Below are positions 36,578 through 46,923 of a DNA stretch of 64,000 nt, one piece after another. Made by a program: the position numbers and the translations under genes. The notes under the pieces were generated by a model. The model searched no databases. It was given only the letters and a program-made list of their open reading frames with translations, and was not told the DNA's origin. The stretch spans positions 4,010,812-4,074,811 of the forward strand of contig OZ244621.1 of assembly GCA_965218425.1 (NCBI GenBank), given 5' to 3'. Origin of the DNA: an uncultured Candidatus Binatia bacterium. Lineage in GTDB: Bacteria > Desulfobacterota > Binatia > UBA9968 > CAXXLF01. Within the stretch, counting starts at the first letter, position 1; each line of letters starts with the position of its first letter.

Positions 36578-39199
36578 CTAGGCGGCTTCCGCCAGAGGAG
36601 ACACATCAAGGGTTAACCCTTGCGGGCCGCAATCAACCACAACCTTTGAGCGTTCGGTAACCTCACCGGCCAAGATCTCTCGTCCCAGGGCCGTCTCCAA
36701 CTCCTTTTGGATCAGACGCTTTAGGGGACGTGCACCATAGGTTGGATCATAGCCGTTTTCGGCAAAGTAATCCCTGGCATTCTCAGTTAGCTCCAGAGTA
36801 ATGTGACGCTCCATCAAGCGGCCACGCAGCCGTCCAAGCTGGATCTCCACGATTCTTTTGAGGTCGTTACGAGTCAGGCTATGAAAAACCACTGTCTCAT
36901 CCACACGATTTAGAAACTCCGGCCTGAACTCCTGCCGCAGGGCATCTAGAACTTCGCGCTTCATCCCCGTATAACTATCCGGATCGTCTCCACCCCGGTA
37001 GTTAAGGATATGTTGGCTACCGGCATTGGAGGTCATGATCACCACCGTGTTTTTGAAATCCACCGTACGGCCATGACCATCCGTTAATCGGCCGTCGTCC
37101 AGGATCTGCAGGAGCACATTAAACACGTCCCCATGGGCTTTTTCGATCTCGTCAAACAGAAGCACCGAATAAGGATGTCGCCGCACCGCTTCCGTAAGCT
37201 GTCCCCCTTCATCATAACCCACATAACCTGGAGGGGCACCGATGAGCCTGGCCACGGTATGTTTTTCCATATACTCCGACATGTCCAGGCGAACCATGTT
37301 GTTCTCATCGTCAAACAGAGACTCCGCTAGCGCCCGTGCAAGCTCCGTCTTACCCACTCCCGTGGGACCGAGAAAAATGAACGACCCTATTGGCCGATTG
37401 GGATCCTTGAGACCCGAACGGGCGCGGATGACCGCGTCGGCAACCGCCTCCACGGCTTCTTCCTGACTAACCACCCGTCGGTGCAAATACTCTCCCATGC
37501 CAAGGAGCTTCTCTTTCTCCCCCTCCATTAACCGTGCCACAGGCACTCCCGTCCAGCAGGAGACCACCTGTGCGATATCCTCCTCATCCACTTCCTCCTT
37601 TAATAAAAGATGTGCACCTCCCTCTCTCTCCACTCGCTCATCCTCCTCCCTCAATTCTTTTTCCAGCTGAGCGAGATTCCCATATTTGAGCTCTGCCACG
37701 CGATTGAGATCGTACTCTCGTTCCGCCGCTTCTATGGTCCTGCGGGTTTCCTCGATCTTGCCCTTCAGTTCACGCAAGCGCGAGACGCTGCCCTTTTCCA
37801 CTTCCCAACGAGCCCTCAAGTGATTGGCTTCCTCCTTGAGATCGGCGAGTTCCTTCTCCAGCTTTGCCAACCGATCCTGCGACGCCGCGTCCGTTTCCTT
37901 TCTTAGCGCCTCTCTTTCGATCTCCAGTTGCATCACCTGACGGGATACTTGATCCAGCTCCACGGGCATGGAGTCGATTTCCGTACGCAGCTTGGCCCCC
38001 GCTTCATCCACAAGGTCAATGGCCTTGTCGGGCAAGAAACGATCACTGATGTAGCGGTGAGAGAGTAACGCAGCGTTCACCAAGGCTGCATCCTTGATAC
38101 GGACCCCGTGATGAAGCTCATAGCGTTCCTTCAGTCCCCGCAGGATCGAAATGGTGTCCTCTACGTTAGGCTGATCGACTGCCACCGGTTGGAACCGGCG
38201 CTCAAGGGCCCGGTCCTTCTCCACATGCCGGCGGTACTCATCCAATGTGGTTGCACCGATGCAGTGGAGTTCCCCGCGCACGAGCATGGGTTTTAATAGG
38301 TTGCTGGCATCCATAGCGCCTTCCGCCGCTCCGGCGCCTACCACAGTATGCAGCTCGTCAATGAACAACACCACTTCACCAGAGGACTCCTGCACCTCTT
38401 TCAAAACCGCCTTGAGTCGTTCTTCAAATTCTCCCCTGAACTTGGCCCCCGCAACGAGGGCCCCCATATCCAGAACGACGATACGTTTGTTCTTGAGTCC
38501 CTCGGGAACGTCCCCTCGTACAACCCGCTGCGCCAGGCCTTCCACGATGGCTGTCTTCCCCACCCCGGGATCTCCAATCAGAACCGGATTGTTTTTCGTC
38601 CGACGCGAGAGGACCTGCACCACCCGGCGAATCTCCTCATCCCGACCGATCACCGGGTCGAGCTTTCCCTGGGTCGCAAGCTGAGTGAGGTCACGACCGT
38701 AACGCTCCAACGCCTGGTAGGTGGCCTCAGGATTAGTACTGGTGACTCTGTGGTGTCCCCTCACCTTCTGTAATGCAGCAAGCAAGGCATCGCGCTTGAG
38801 TCCTTGTTGTCTTAGCAGTGGGCCCGCCACACCCTCCTCATCCATCATGGCGAGGAGTAGATGCTCTACGCTCACATACTCATCCTTTAACTCCCTAGCT
38901 TCATCCTCCGCGCGCGTCAGCAGACTCGCCAGCCTCTGGGTGACATAGATTTTATCGGGGCCAGCGGAAGAGCCTGATACCTGGGGGATCCTGTTTAACG
39001 CACCCTCTAAATCTTCTTTGACTGCAGCGGTAGAAACACTCGCCTGACGTAAGATCGCGGGCACAAGACCCTCGGTTGCATCTACAAGAGCCGCAAGTAA
39101 ATGTTCAACATCCACTCCTTGATGACTGCGACGTTGGGCCAGTGACTGAGCTTCCTGCAGAGCTTCCTGCGACTTCTCTGTTAATTTGTTGCTATTCAT
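36578..39199 (-). CDS. clpB: ATP-dependent chaperone ClpB
   Basis: 873 aa; Clp N-domain, two AAA+ modules with Walker A GDPGVGKT and GPTGVGKT, and a coiled-coil middle domain. Confidence 0.95.
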   Translation of the reverse strand: MNSNKLTEKSQEALQEAQSLAQRRSHQGVDVEHLLAALVDATEGLVPAILRQASVSTAAVKEDLEGALNRIPQVSGSSAGPDKIYVTQRLASLLTRAEDEARELKDEYVSVEHLLLAMMDEEGVAGPLLRQQGLKRDALLAALQKVRGHHRVTSTNPEATYQALERYGRDLTQLATQGKLDPVIGRDEEIRRVVQVLSRRTKNNPVLIGDPGVGKTAIVEGLAQRVVRGDVPEGLKNKRIVVLDMGALVAGAKFRGEFEERLKAVLKEVQESSGEVVLFIDELHTVVGAGAAEGAMDASNLLKPMLVRGELHCIGATTLDEYRRHVEKDRALERRFQPVAVDQPNVEDTISILRGLKERYELHHGVRIKDAALVNAALLSHRYISDRFLPDKAIDLVDEAGAKLRTEIDSMPVELDQVSRQVMQLEIEREALRKETDAASQDRLAKLEKELADLKEEANHLRARWEVEKGSVSRLRELKGKIEETRRTIEAAEREYDLNRVAELKYGNLAQLEKELREEDERVEREGGAHLLLKEEVDEEDIAQVVSCWTGVPVARLMEGEKEKLLGMGEYLHRRVVSQEEAVEAVADAVIRARSGLKDPNRPIGSFIFLGPTGVGKTELARALAESLFDDENNMVRLDMSEYMEKHTVARLIGAPPGYVGYDEGGQLTEAVRRHPYSVLLFDEIEKAHGDVFNVLLQILDDGRLTDGHGRTVDFKNTVVIMTSNAGSQHILNYRGGDDPDSYTGMKREVLDALRQEFRPEFLNRVDETVVFHSLTRNDLKRIVEIQLGRLRGRLMERHITLELTENARDYFAENGYDPTYGARPLKRLIQKELETALGREILAGEVTERSKVVVDCGPQGLTLDVSPLAEAA

Positions 39200-39482
39200 T
39201 ATGACTCCTGAACCATGAGCTATGCTTATTCCTACCTATTTTGTAGTGCAGGCATTTCATAGGTTCTGAAAATTGCGATACTGTTTTTTGATTTTCTGAA
39301 AATTTAACCACTCATTGTGAAATGACAACCCCAAAATTTTGCGCAATGAAGACACAAAGAAATGTGGAATTTGAAGCTGAGCGATGAAGTCCTCTCTTGA
39401 CACCTCGAGGATCGATGCTTAACTTTTCACTAAGTCGATGACCTGGCCAGGTCGAAAAACAATTTAGAAGGAGGATATTCCA

Positions 39483-39956
39483 ATGAGAGATTTAGTACGC
39501 TGGAACCCTTTTCAAGAGTTGACCCATTGGCACAGGGACTTGGACGATTTCTTCGGTCTACCATTCAGTTTGGGACGAGAGGAAAACCAACTGAGTCGTT
39601 GGTGGCCGGCTTTGGACGGCTATGAAAAGGATGGAAAGTATTTCATTCGTCTGGATTTACCAGGTGTAGAAGCAAAAGAGGTGGAAGTTGTTGTGGAAGG
39701 CGACTCTCTGATCATCAAGGGAGAGAGAAAAAACGAGAAGGAGGTGGATGAGAAGAATTACTTCTATCGTGAAACCTCTGCCGGCCGATTCGAGCGCCGG
39801 GTTGCCCTGCCTAAAGGCGTGGACGCGAGCAAGATCGAAGCCCGCTTTGAAAAGGGAGTTATCGAGATTTCCGTGCCGCTTCCAGTTCACCTCGCTGCGA
39901 AGAAGGTGCAGATTCAAATCGAGGATGAAAAAAGCGGTCAGAACAAAGCAGCCTGA
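39483..39956 (+). CDS. Hsp20/alpha-crystallin small heat-shock protein
   Basis: 157 aa; alpha-crystallin domain ending ...GVIEISVP; divergent from clpB; AGGAGGA ribosome-binding site. Confidence 0.9.
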   Translation: MRDLVRWNPFQELTHWHRDLDDFFGLPFSLGREENQLSRWWPALDGYEKDGKYFIRLDLPGVEAKEVEVVVEGDSLIIKGERKNEKEVDEKNYFYRETSAGRFERRVALPKGVDASKIEARFEKGVIEISVPLPVHLAAKKVQIQIEDEKSGQNKAA

Positions 39957-39985
39957 AAGTCGCTGCTAAAATTCTGGTGACCAAA

Positions 39986-40019
39986 AGGGGGACCCTCCGC
40001 AAGGGGGGTCCCTTTTTAT
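39986..40019 (+). terminator. Rho-independent terminator after hsp20
   Basis: GGGGGACCC-TCCGCAAG-GGGGGTCCC hairpin followed by TTTTTAT. Confidence 0.6.
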
Positions 40020-40185
40020 ATTTAGGCTGATTTACCGCCTAATCTTTACTTTCATCATCAGATCCATTTCACCCGCCACTTTCACAGCCATCACCATTCG
40101 ACCATTCCGACGAATTCAAATTCATTTTCCACCGAAAGACTCACTGAAAATCCCAAGAATTCGAGCCTTTTTTCGTAGGCAGAAT

Positions 40186-40201
40186 TGGCACGCTATATGC
40201 C
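40186..40201 (+). promoter_or_regulatory. Sigma-54 (-24/-12) promoter upstream of the PepSY gene
   Basis: TGGCACGctatATGCC, that is GG and GC at the canonical spacing with one mismatch to TGGCACG-N4-TTGC, about 45 nt upstream of the proposed ATG at 40245. Confidence 0.6.
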
Positions 40202-40244
40202 ATACATAGTGACAGAGGAATTCGACGGAAAGGAGGGAATGGTT

Positions 40245-40655
40245 ATGAAAAAGGTATTGGGCGTAATCCTTGCAGGAGGCGCACTGATCCTTCTGGTAGG
40301 CGCGGCAACGGCGCAATGGCCTGGAGGCCACGGCCCCGGTAGAGGAATGGGTTTTAGCCGGGGCGAGATGGGTCATGGCGAATGGGAGATGGGACATGGA
40401 ATGAGAGGCGGCAGTGGAATGGGCTGGGGCCGTGGAGAAGCAAACTGCCCTGGGCTGCGCGGGACATCCACCGCAGCAATCACTCAAGAAAATGCAAAAG
40501 ACTTGGCCCAGAAGTATGCCGACACAAATCTCCCGGGTTTCAAGGTGGAGAGGGTCCTTCCCTTCAGTGGTAGGCATCACACGGCCTACGCCGTAGAACT
40601 CAAAAACTCGGAGGGTAAGCTCCGCACTTTCACATCGATCCTTTCGGCGACGTGA
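40245..40655 (+). CDS. Secreted Gly/His/Met-rich PepSY-domain protein (ZraP-like position)
   Basis: Signal peptide MKKVLGVILAGGALILLVGAATAQ; low-complexity GHGPGRGMGFSRGEMGHGEWEMGHGMRGGSGMGWGRGE; C-terminal ITQENAKDLAQKY...GFKVERVLPF.GRHHTAYAVELKNSEGKLRTF fits the PepSY fold; start chosen by RBS AAGGAGGG spacing (the ORF-track start at 40185 lies inside the promoter). Confidence 0.6.
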   Translation: MKKVLGVILAGGALILLVGAATAQWPGGHGPGRGMGFSRGEMGHGEWEMGHGMRGGSGMGWGRGEANCPGLRGTSTAAITQENAKDLAQKYADTNLPGFKVERVLPFSGRHHTAYAVELKNSEGKLRTFTSILSAT

Positions 40656-40715
40656 TGTCCTTCGGTGGCCCCTGGAGAAGTGGCTCGTAAGCCTTTACTT
40701 AGGTCATCGAGCCAA

Positions 40716-40746
40716 CCCCCCGGGTCTTAACCCGGGGGGTTTTTTA
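40716..40746 (+). terminator. Rho-independent terminator between the PepSY gene and the kinase gene
   Basis: CCCCCCGGG-tcttaa-CCCGGGGGG followed by TTTTTT. Confidence 0.7.
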
Positions 40747-40803
40747 AGGCACATAACAAGATTCCAGGGAATTCCAGTCCCCCACACCTTCTTGTTTATA
40801 TAG

Positions 40804-42582
40804 ATGAGCAAAACGGCTAAACTAACCCTGACCATGAAAAGACCCTTGCTAGCACGCTATTTTTTGGCGTCCGTCCTGCTGCTGCTGCTCCTGGTCTCTC
40901 TCTACGTTCTCTCCGAGAGCCGAAGGTTGCAGAGCGAACTCCTACGCCAAACCGAGGCCAAAGGACTGGCCCTGGCCGAGGCCATGGAGTCCAGTACGAA
41001 AAACGCCATTCTTGGCAATTCTCTGATTGAAAAGATCGTGAGCCAGCGGCTCCTTGATAACGCCCGCCTCATCGACCGACTCCTTCTTACCGGCGCGATA
41101 GATCCCAATTTTCTCCAGGAGATCAGCGCCATGAACCGCCTTCAAAAGATCGAGCTACTGGACCAAGAGGGAGAGCCATGGACATTTCCCTCCTCGCCGG
41201 AGATGCCCATGGGTATGAGGGAAATGATGGCGGAGATGCACCGGATGCATCGGGAGCCCTTACAACGGCGGCGACAGATGATGATCTATATGTGGGGAAG
41301 GCGTTGGGTCTTACCCGGCGAGGAAAGCCAACCGTCAAGCGCACCCCCACCTCAGATCACGGAAGAACGTTTCCGGCAAGGCAGCGTGTTTGGTGTCGCC
41401 ATTGGGGCGCGAAGTATCCCTGGAGTTATAGTTGTTCATGCCAATGCCGACTATATCCTAAACTTCAAGAAAGAGATCGGAGTGCAACGCCAGATCGAAG
41501 ACCTGGGGCGCCAGCCCGACATCGCCCATGTTGCCCTTCTGGATCAAAACTTCACGATTGTTGCACATACGGACCCCGCACTCATTGGCCAACAGGAAAG
41601 CGACGACTTTGTCCTAACAGCGCAGATCAATGGACCCACCTATACAAAGATCGTCGGTGTCAACGGTGATAGGATCTACCAACTGGTGAAGCCCATCAGT
41701 CTCCACGACTCTCCCCTGGGATTCCTCAAGATCGGGCTATCCCTGGAACCCATGGAGACCGCGTGGAAAAATAGCCTGTGGTCTATCATTATATTGGGCT
41801 CGGCCATTTTGGGGGTCGGCATCCTGGGTATGGCCGCCATCTTTTACAATCAACATTCCCACCTACAACAGATCAAGAATCTCGAAGCCGAAGTTGCTCG
41901 TCGGGAGAATCTGTCTGCCCTGGGCAATCTTGCGGCAACGGTCGCCCATGAGGTGCGTAATCCCCTGAACTCCATATCCATAGGCCTGCAGCGTCTCAGG
42001 TCGGAGTTTCATCCTACCCAAGACGAAAACCAATACTCCCGGTTTATAGAGATCATGCGTGGAGAGGTGCAGCGGCTAAATTCCATCGTGGAGCAGTTCC
42101 TTTCACTGGCACGCCCCTTGGACCTTGAGTTTGAAACCGTTTCCATGGATGAACTGCTCCAGGAATTGGTCTTGTTGGCTGGAGGCGATGCGGAATCGTC
42201 AAAGGTAAAAATTAACCTGGCAACTTCCCCCAACCTTCCCTCGGTGCGCGCGGACCGGAATTACTTGAAACAGTTACTACTCAATCTTATTTTAAATGGA
42301 ATCCAGGCCATGCCTGAGGGAGGGCAATTGACGGTGCTGGCGGGCACCTCCCGGAAGAACCTCACCCTGACTATTAAAGATGAGGGAGTTGGGATTGATC
42401 CGGAGGTTATATCACGCATCTTTGAGCCCTATTTCACCACCAAGGCCAATGGATCCGGGCTGGGGCTTTCCATCGCACGGAGAATCGTGGAGGCCCATGG
42501 AGGGGATCTATCAGTCACCAGTAAAGTGGGTCGAGGCAGCAGTTTCCAAGTTACCCTTCCCATTGCAAGTGTGGAGAGCTAA
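40804..42582 (+). CDS. Sensor histidine kinase with a ~270-aa periplasmic domain containing Met-rich motifs
   Basis: Two transmembrane segments flank a periplasmic domain with ...SSPEMPMGMREMMAEMHRMHRE...; HisKA H-box ATVAHEVRNPLN; HATPase_c N/G1/G2 boxes. Confidence 0.85.
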   Translation: MSKTAKLTLTMKRPLLARYFLASVLLLLLLVSLYVLSESRRLQSELLRQTEAKGLALAEAMESSTKNAILGNSLIEKIVSQRLLDNARLIDRLLLTGAIDPNFLQEISAMNRLQKIELLDQEGEPWTFPSSPEMPMGMREMMAEMHRMHREPLQRRRQMMIYMWGRRWVLPGEESQPSSAPPPQITEERFRQGSVFGVAIGARSIPGVIVVHANADYILNFKKEIGVQRQIEDLGRQPDIAHVALLDQNFTIVAHTDPALIGQQESDDFVLTAQINGPTYTKIVGVNGDRIYQLVKPISLHDSPLGFLKIGLSLEPMETAWKNSLWSIIILGSAILGVGILGMAAIFYNQHSHLQQIKNLEAEVARRENLSALGNLAATVAHEVRNPLNSISIGLQRLRSEFHPTQDENQYSRFIEIMRGEVQRLNSIVEQFLSLARPLDLEFETVSMDELLQELVLLAGGDAESSKVKINLATSPNLPSVRADRNYLKQLLLNLILNGIQAMPEGGQLTVLAGTSRKNLTLTIKDEGVGIDPEVISRIFEPYFTTKANGSGLGLSIARRIVEAHGGDLSVTSKVGRGSSFQVTLPIASVES

Positions 42583-43953
42583 ATGGCTGACTCTTTCCGA
42601 ATCCTTATCGTCGATGACGAGGCTCCGCAGCTAGAACTGATCGGAGGATTTCTCAAAAAACAGGGTTTCGACGTGGTGGAGGCAGAAGGCGGCGAACGGG
42701 GCCTGGAGAAGTTCCGCCAGGAATCCTTTGACCTGGTACTGACAGATCAAAAGATGCCGAAGATGTCAGGTCTGGATTTGCTAAAAGCCATCCGTGCCAT
42801 GAACCCCGAGGCACCAGTCATCGTCATGACCGCCTTTGGAAGTATCGAAACGGCTGTCTCCGCCATCAAAGAGGGGGCTTCAGACTACCTGACCAAACCG
42901 CTCAACCTGGATGAACTGCTCCACAGGATCGAGGCGGTCAAGGAACGAAACCGTCTGCTCACAGAGAACCGAGACCTTCGGGAAGCCCTGCAAGAGCGCA
43001 GCCGCATTGAAGGCGTCATCGGTGAGAGCGGTCATATGCAGGAAGTCCTCTCGTTGGTTCGACGGGTAGCGCCGAGTGAAGCCACTGCGTTGATACGCGG
43101 CGAGAGCGGCACTGGAAAGGAACTCATTGCCCAGGCCATTCATTATGCAAGTCCCAGGGCATCTCGCCCCCTGGTGAGGCTCAACTGCGCAGCCCTTCCC
43201 GAGACCCTTTTGGAATCCGAACTCTTCGGCCATGAAAAAGGCGCCTTCACCGGAGCCTATGCCACAAGGAAAGGCCGCTTCGAAGTGGCCAATGGCGGAT
43301 CATTATTCCTTGACGAGATCGGCGACCTACCGCTCCATCTGCAGGCAAAACTTCTACGTGTCCTTCAGGAAAAGGAGTTCGAAAGAGTAGGTTCGAGCAA
43401 ACCGATTCCCGTTGATGTCAGGATCCTCGCCGCAACCCACCGGGATTTAGAAAAATTGATTCAAGAGGGTCAATTCCGAGAGGACCTCTATTACCGGCTC
43501 AACGTAGTTACCGTTGTCCTCCCGCCGCTAAGAGAGCGACGTCAAGATATTCCGCCACTCCTGGATCACCTGGTCAAAAAATTTGCCGATAAGAACGATA
43601 AAACCATCAAAGGCTTTACCCAAGAGGCGCGTGACGCCCTACTTCGTTACGACTATCCAGGCAATGTCAGGGAGCTCGAAAACATTGTCGAAAGGGCAAC
43701 GGTGATCACGCGAGACGAGGTCATTGGAAGATCGGATTTACCCCTAACCGTTCAGGCGTCTGAAAAACTAGACGACAGGGGCACCAACATGGCCGCCGTC
43801 GTGGAAGGCCTGGAACGAAAAATGATCAAAGAGGCCCTGGCCCAATCCGACAGGGTTCAGACCCGTGCGGCGGAAAAACTCGGAATGACTGAGCGAGCCC
43901 TACGCTACAAACTCAAAAAATACGGCTTCCAGGGCGAAGACCCCAGCTCCTAA
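42583..43953 (+). CDS. Sigma-54-dependent response regulator (NtrC/ZraR-type: REC + AAA+ + HTH)
   Basis: Receiver Asp in ...VLTDQKMPKMSG; Walker A GESGTGKE; GAFTGA sigma-54 contact motif; C-terminal Fis-type HTH; start overlaps the kinase stop. Confidence 0.9.
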   Translation: MADSFRILIVDDEAPQLELIGGFLKKQGFDVVEAEGGERGLEKFRQESFDLVLTDQKMPKMSGLDLLKAIRAMNPEAPVIVMTAFGSIETAVSAIKEGASDYLTKPLNLDELLHRIEAVKERNRLLTENRDLREALQERSRIEGVIGESGHMQEVLSLVRRVAPSEATALIRGESGTGKELIAQAIHYASPRASRPLVRLNCAALPETLLESELFGHEKGAFTGAYATRKGRFEVANGGSLFLDEIGDLPLHLQAKLLRVLQEKEFERVGSSKPIPVDVRILAATHRDLEKLIQEGQFREDLYYRLNVVTVVLPPLRERRQDIPPLLDHLVKKFADKNDKTIKGFTQEARDALLRYDYPGNVRELENIVERATVITRDEVIGRSDLPLTVQASEKLDDRGTNMAAVVEGLERKMIKEALAQSDRVQTRAAEKLGMTERALRYKLKKYGFQGEDPSS

Positions 43954-44227
43954 AAATCCCTTGATTTGAACTCCGTTCCTGCAGCCTAACCCTCAAAAAA
44001 TTCCTCAATTCACGACTGTACTATACTGACCAGAACGGCAGCGTTTGTTGAACACCCTAGCTTTAGATTGTAATTTCTAACCTATTGGAATAGCAATACA
44101 ATCAAACATGCGGCCACCCTTAGTAATCGGTGATATGCTATCCAGCGACCGTGATACACGGATCAGTATATTACTAGAGTTAGATGGCCGGGGGACGCTT
44201 TGACGTCATAATGTCATAATTTCCAAC

Positions 44228-44422
44228 ATGGACACTCAAAAACGCGCCACCGTCTATTTTGAACCTGACGTGCACCGCGCCCTGCGTCTAAAGGCTGCGG
44301 CGTCGGATCGTTCCATATCAGACATGGTCAACGACACGGTGAATGCCGCCTTGCCGAGGATGCTAAAGATCTCGCCGATTTCGCCCATAGAAAGAACGAG
44401 AAGAGGACAACGCAAAGACTGA
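44228..44422 (+). CDS. Ribbon-helix-helix (CopG-family) antitoxin-like protein, possibly 3'-frameshifted
   Basis: TVYFEPDVHRALRLKAAASDRSISDMVNDTVNAAL is the RHH consensus of a common antitoxin family; the conserved ...LAEDAxDLAxF... continuation appears in the +2 frame (LAEDAKDLADFAHRKNEK) rather than in frame. Confidence 0.55.
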   Translation: MDTQKRATVYFEPDVHRALRLKAAASDRSISDMVNDTVNAALPRMLKISPISPIERTRRGQRKD

Positions 44423-44603
44423 GAGCAGCCTGGTCAAAATGGCTCGTGAAATTGGAGCCCAGAAGGTGCCGGATTTCTCGGAGACCTTCACGGTCTAATT
44501 GCGGAGCAACCGCTGAACGGGAGGATCAATACAATGGACCCGAATCTACATGTGAGTATGCCGCTCGATCCCAACCTTCATTGGAAATAGGCTCAGGCCG
44601 ATA

Positions 44604-44857
44604 TCATCTCTTTTGCTTCTTGCCCAACGCTGCCAATCGTTTCTTTGCCTTTTTCGCCAGCTCACTGTCCGGATCGGCCTGGATGATGCGCTCATACAAC
44701 TCGCGTGCGTGGCTGCGATTGTTTTGCAGTTCTTCAAACTGCGCGGTCTCAAACATCTGCTTGGGGTCCTCGCCACATCCGAGCACTCCCAGCATGAACA
44801 GACACAGACTGAACGCGATAAAGTCCTTAAAATATATTTTTAGTAATGTCCTCATCC
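44604..44857 (-). CDS. Small lipoprotein with one TPR-like helix pair
   Basis: Lipobox ...FMLGVLGCGED after MRTLLKIYFKDFIAFSLCL; start reassigned to 44857. Confidence 0.4.
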
Positions 44858-45361
44858 GGATGCTCCGCCATCTTCGCTGAGGGCTTTCTCTTTTCTTTTG
44901 TTCGCATTGTATAAGGAATAGCCAAGTGTCGTGAAAATCATTAAGAAGATGACAATGATGGTCGGCTGAAGGAGCCAGCCGGTCCCATAAGCTGCGCTCG
45001 AGATCCAGGGGATCCATATGGAAAACCCAACAAGCCAAACACCCACGAGAAAGCCAAGAATCCAAGAGAAACAACTGATGGTGCGCCATCTGGCCAAGAG
45101 GGGATCTATACCCTTAGCGAACTGAAAATCAACGGGTGTGGACTCTGAGGAGTTCGACTTGGTTACACCCCTTAATTCCATGGCCAGATGGATTACTGCA
45201 AGGATCACCATAGGAATACCAATGACCCAGGGGTAGAGGCGTGCTTGAAGCTTCCACTCGTTCGCTTCCCAAACGAGGTAAACAAAAAAAAGCAGGACCA
45301 GCAAATCGAAGAGAATCTGCGGTTTGAGTTTTACCATTGCCATTGGTTTGGCCGTAGCCAT
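44852..45361 (-). CDS. Small integral membrane protein (4 transmembrane segments, TctB-like topology)
   Basis: 169 aa with four hydrophobic helices; adjacent to the lipoprotein gene in the same orientation. Confidence 0.35.
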   Translation of the reverse strand: MATAKPMAMVKLKPQILFDLLVLLFFVYLVWEANEWKLQARLYPWVIGIPMVILAVIHLAMELRGVTKSNSSESTPVDFQFAKGIDPLLARWRTISCFSWILGFLVGVWLVGFSIWIPWISSAAYGTGWLLQPTIIVIFLMIFTTLGYSLYNANKRKEKALSEDGGASG

Positions 45362-45556
45362 GAACCATTGCCCCTTTACCGCTCAGGCCGCTCAGTGTCA
45401 AGCAGCTTCAAAAAGAAGAGCTTCAGTTTATTGAATCTGGCTGCGATTGTCGGCAAAGTATCTGTTCTGCTATGCTCCAGCAAGCCCTTAAAAAGCTAAG
45501 CACCTGATCCTACTCACCGACAATTTAACCACGATGTCGCGCGCATAAGACCCTTC

Positions 45557-46774
45557 ATGAACCTCAACCCCACCGTCCGTGGCCTCATCAATCTTTACAC
45601 TCCAGCCCTGCTGGCAGGTGTAGGTTGGGGAATGATTATCCCAACCATCCCGGTGCTTAGCGTCTATTACGGTGTTTCCATCGGCGCGGCCGCTCAGACT
45701 GTCACCGCTTTTGCCATAGGAAGGTTTGTGGGCACGGCCATGAGCGGTATCATTCTGGACCGTTTCGGCGTACGGGCCTCGCTGGTGGTGGGAACATTGG
45801 CAGCCAGTATCGCAGCACTCCTCGCAGTGGTATCGCCGTGGTTCAGCGGCATTCTGGCATTGCTCTTCGTAATTGGCTTAGGGGACAGCCTTTGGTTGTT
45901 GGGTCTCGAAGTGGCCGGTATCGATCTAGTGCGTCAGGACCAACGAGGACGGGTCATCAGCGGATTCCATGGCATGACCAATGGGGGCTTGACCCTCGGA
46001 CCCTTGATTGGCGGGATTCTCACCGAAGCGTTTAGCTTCAAGGCCGTATTCCTCGGCTACGTTTTATGCTCAGGTACTGGGTTGGTCCTGGGAGCCATGG
46101 CCCACATTGTCCGAGCCACCAAGAACACTCACCCCACCCCGAAACCAACCACGGTGTTGCGCTTGAAAGAACCACTACGGGGATTTACAAGCCTATTCAA
46201 GGAAATCCAGCCCCATCTCCGCGCCACCTACGTAGTTCTCGTCATCGCTACAAGTACAAGCATCATGTTCCGGCTTACGACGCAGAGCATGCTGCCCGCC
46301 TACGCAGGCTCACATCTTGGGTTTTCGCCTTCGGAAGTGGGCCTTTTGTTTAGCATCTCGGGGGTGTTTATCTTCGCAATGATCTTACCCACCGGGTTTA
46401 TCCTGGACAGAATAGGCAGGAAGTGGGCCACTATTCCAAGCACAGGACTACCTGCCTTGGCTTTTTTGCTTATCCCCTTTTCCGACACATTCCTCGAACT
46501 CGCCGTGCTCGTTTCGATTACGGGTATATCCAACGGTTTGTCCCTAGGATCAATTGCCACCTCAACTTACGACGTGGTGCCGCCAGCCGTACGTGGGCGG
46601 CTGCAGGCAGTTCGACGGACGGTGGCTGAAATAGGCGGGATTGGAGGTCCGTTAGTGGCCGGATTTTTAGCCAATGCCTTCGACCCAGGCATTCCCTTCC
46701 TGGTTTATGCCCCGTTGCTACTGTCGTCGGCCGTACTTCTAGCCGTGGTGGGGCGTGAGACTCTTATCAAATAG
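45557..46774 (+). CDS. MFS transporter
   Basis: 405 aa, 12 predicted transmembrane segments, MFS motif A-like G..DR.GRR regions (LDRFGVRAS, LDRIGRKWA). Confidence 0.8.
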   Translation: MNLNPTVRGLINLYTPALLAGVGWGMIIPTIPVLSVYYGVSIGAAAQTVTAFAIGRFVGTAMSGIILDRFGVRASLVVGTLAASIAALLAVVSPWFSGILALLFVIGLGDSLWLLGLEVAGIDLVRQDQRGRVISGFHGMTNGGLTLGPLIGGILTEAFSFKAVFLGYVLCSGTGLVLGAMAHIVRATKNTHPTPKPTTVLRLKEPLRGFTSLFKEIQPHLRATYVVLVIATSTSIMFRLTTQSMLPAYAGSHLGFSPSEVGLLFSISGVFIFAMILPTGFILDRIGRKWATIPSTGLPALAFLLIPFSDTFLELAVLVSITGISNGLSLGSIATSTYDVVPPAVRGRLQAVRRTVAEIGGIGGPLVAGFLANAFDPGIPFLVYAPLLLSSAVLLAVVGRETLIK

Positions 46775-46923
46775 CCCGAGCCCTATTCCATGAACCCAGC
46801 AAAAACACTTTGCCATAATCGTTGTTAAAGTTATAATCAAAAGAGCAATTTCAAAGTTTACAAGAATAACCTGTTATCAAAACTTTGACCTATTTATATC
46901 GCTGATCAAAAGGAGAACACTGT

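Noticed and set aside
39395-39482. Possible sigma-32 or CIRCE heat-shock element between clpB and hsp20
   Set aside because: Only a sigma-70-like TTGACA-N16-TTAACT could be found; no CIRCE inverted repeat (TTAGCACTC-N9-GAGTGCTAA) and no convincing sigma-32 -10 (CCCCAT) box.
40185-40244. Upstream start codon for the PepSY gene (MARYMPYIVTEEFDGKEGMV...)
   Set aside because: It would begin inside the sigma-54 promoter and ahead of the RBS; the signal peptide starts at MKKVLG (40245), which has proper AAGGAGGG spacing.
40330-40450. Tandem nucleotide repeat (ATGGGTCATGGCGAATGGGAGATGGGACATGGAATGAG...)
   Set aside because: The repeat is in-frame coding sequence for the Gly/His/Met-rich tract of the PepSY protein, not a CRISPR or intergenic repeat array.
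44095-44115. TGGAATAGCAATACA as a possible sigma-54 promoter
   Set aside because: GG and GC are only 6 nt apart instead of the required spacing; not a -24/-12 site.
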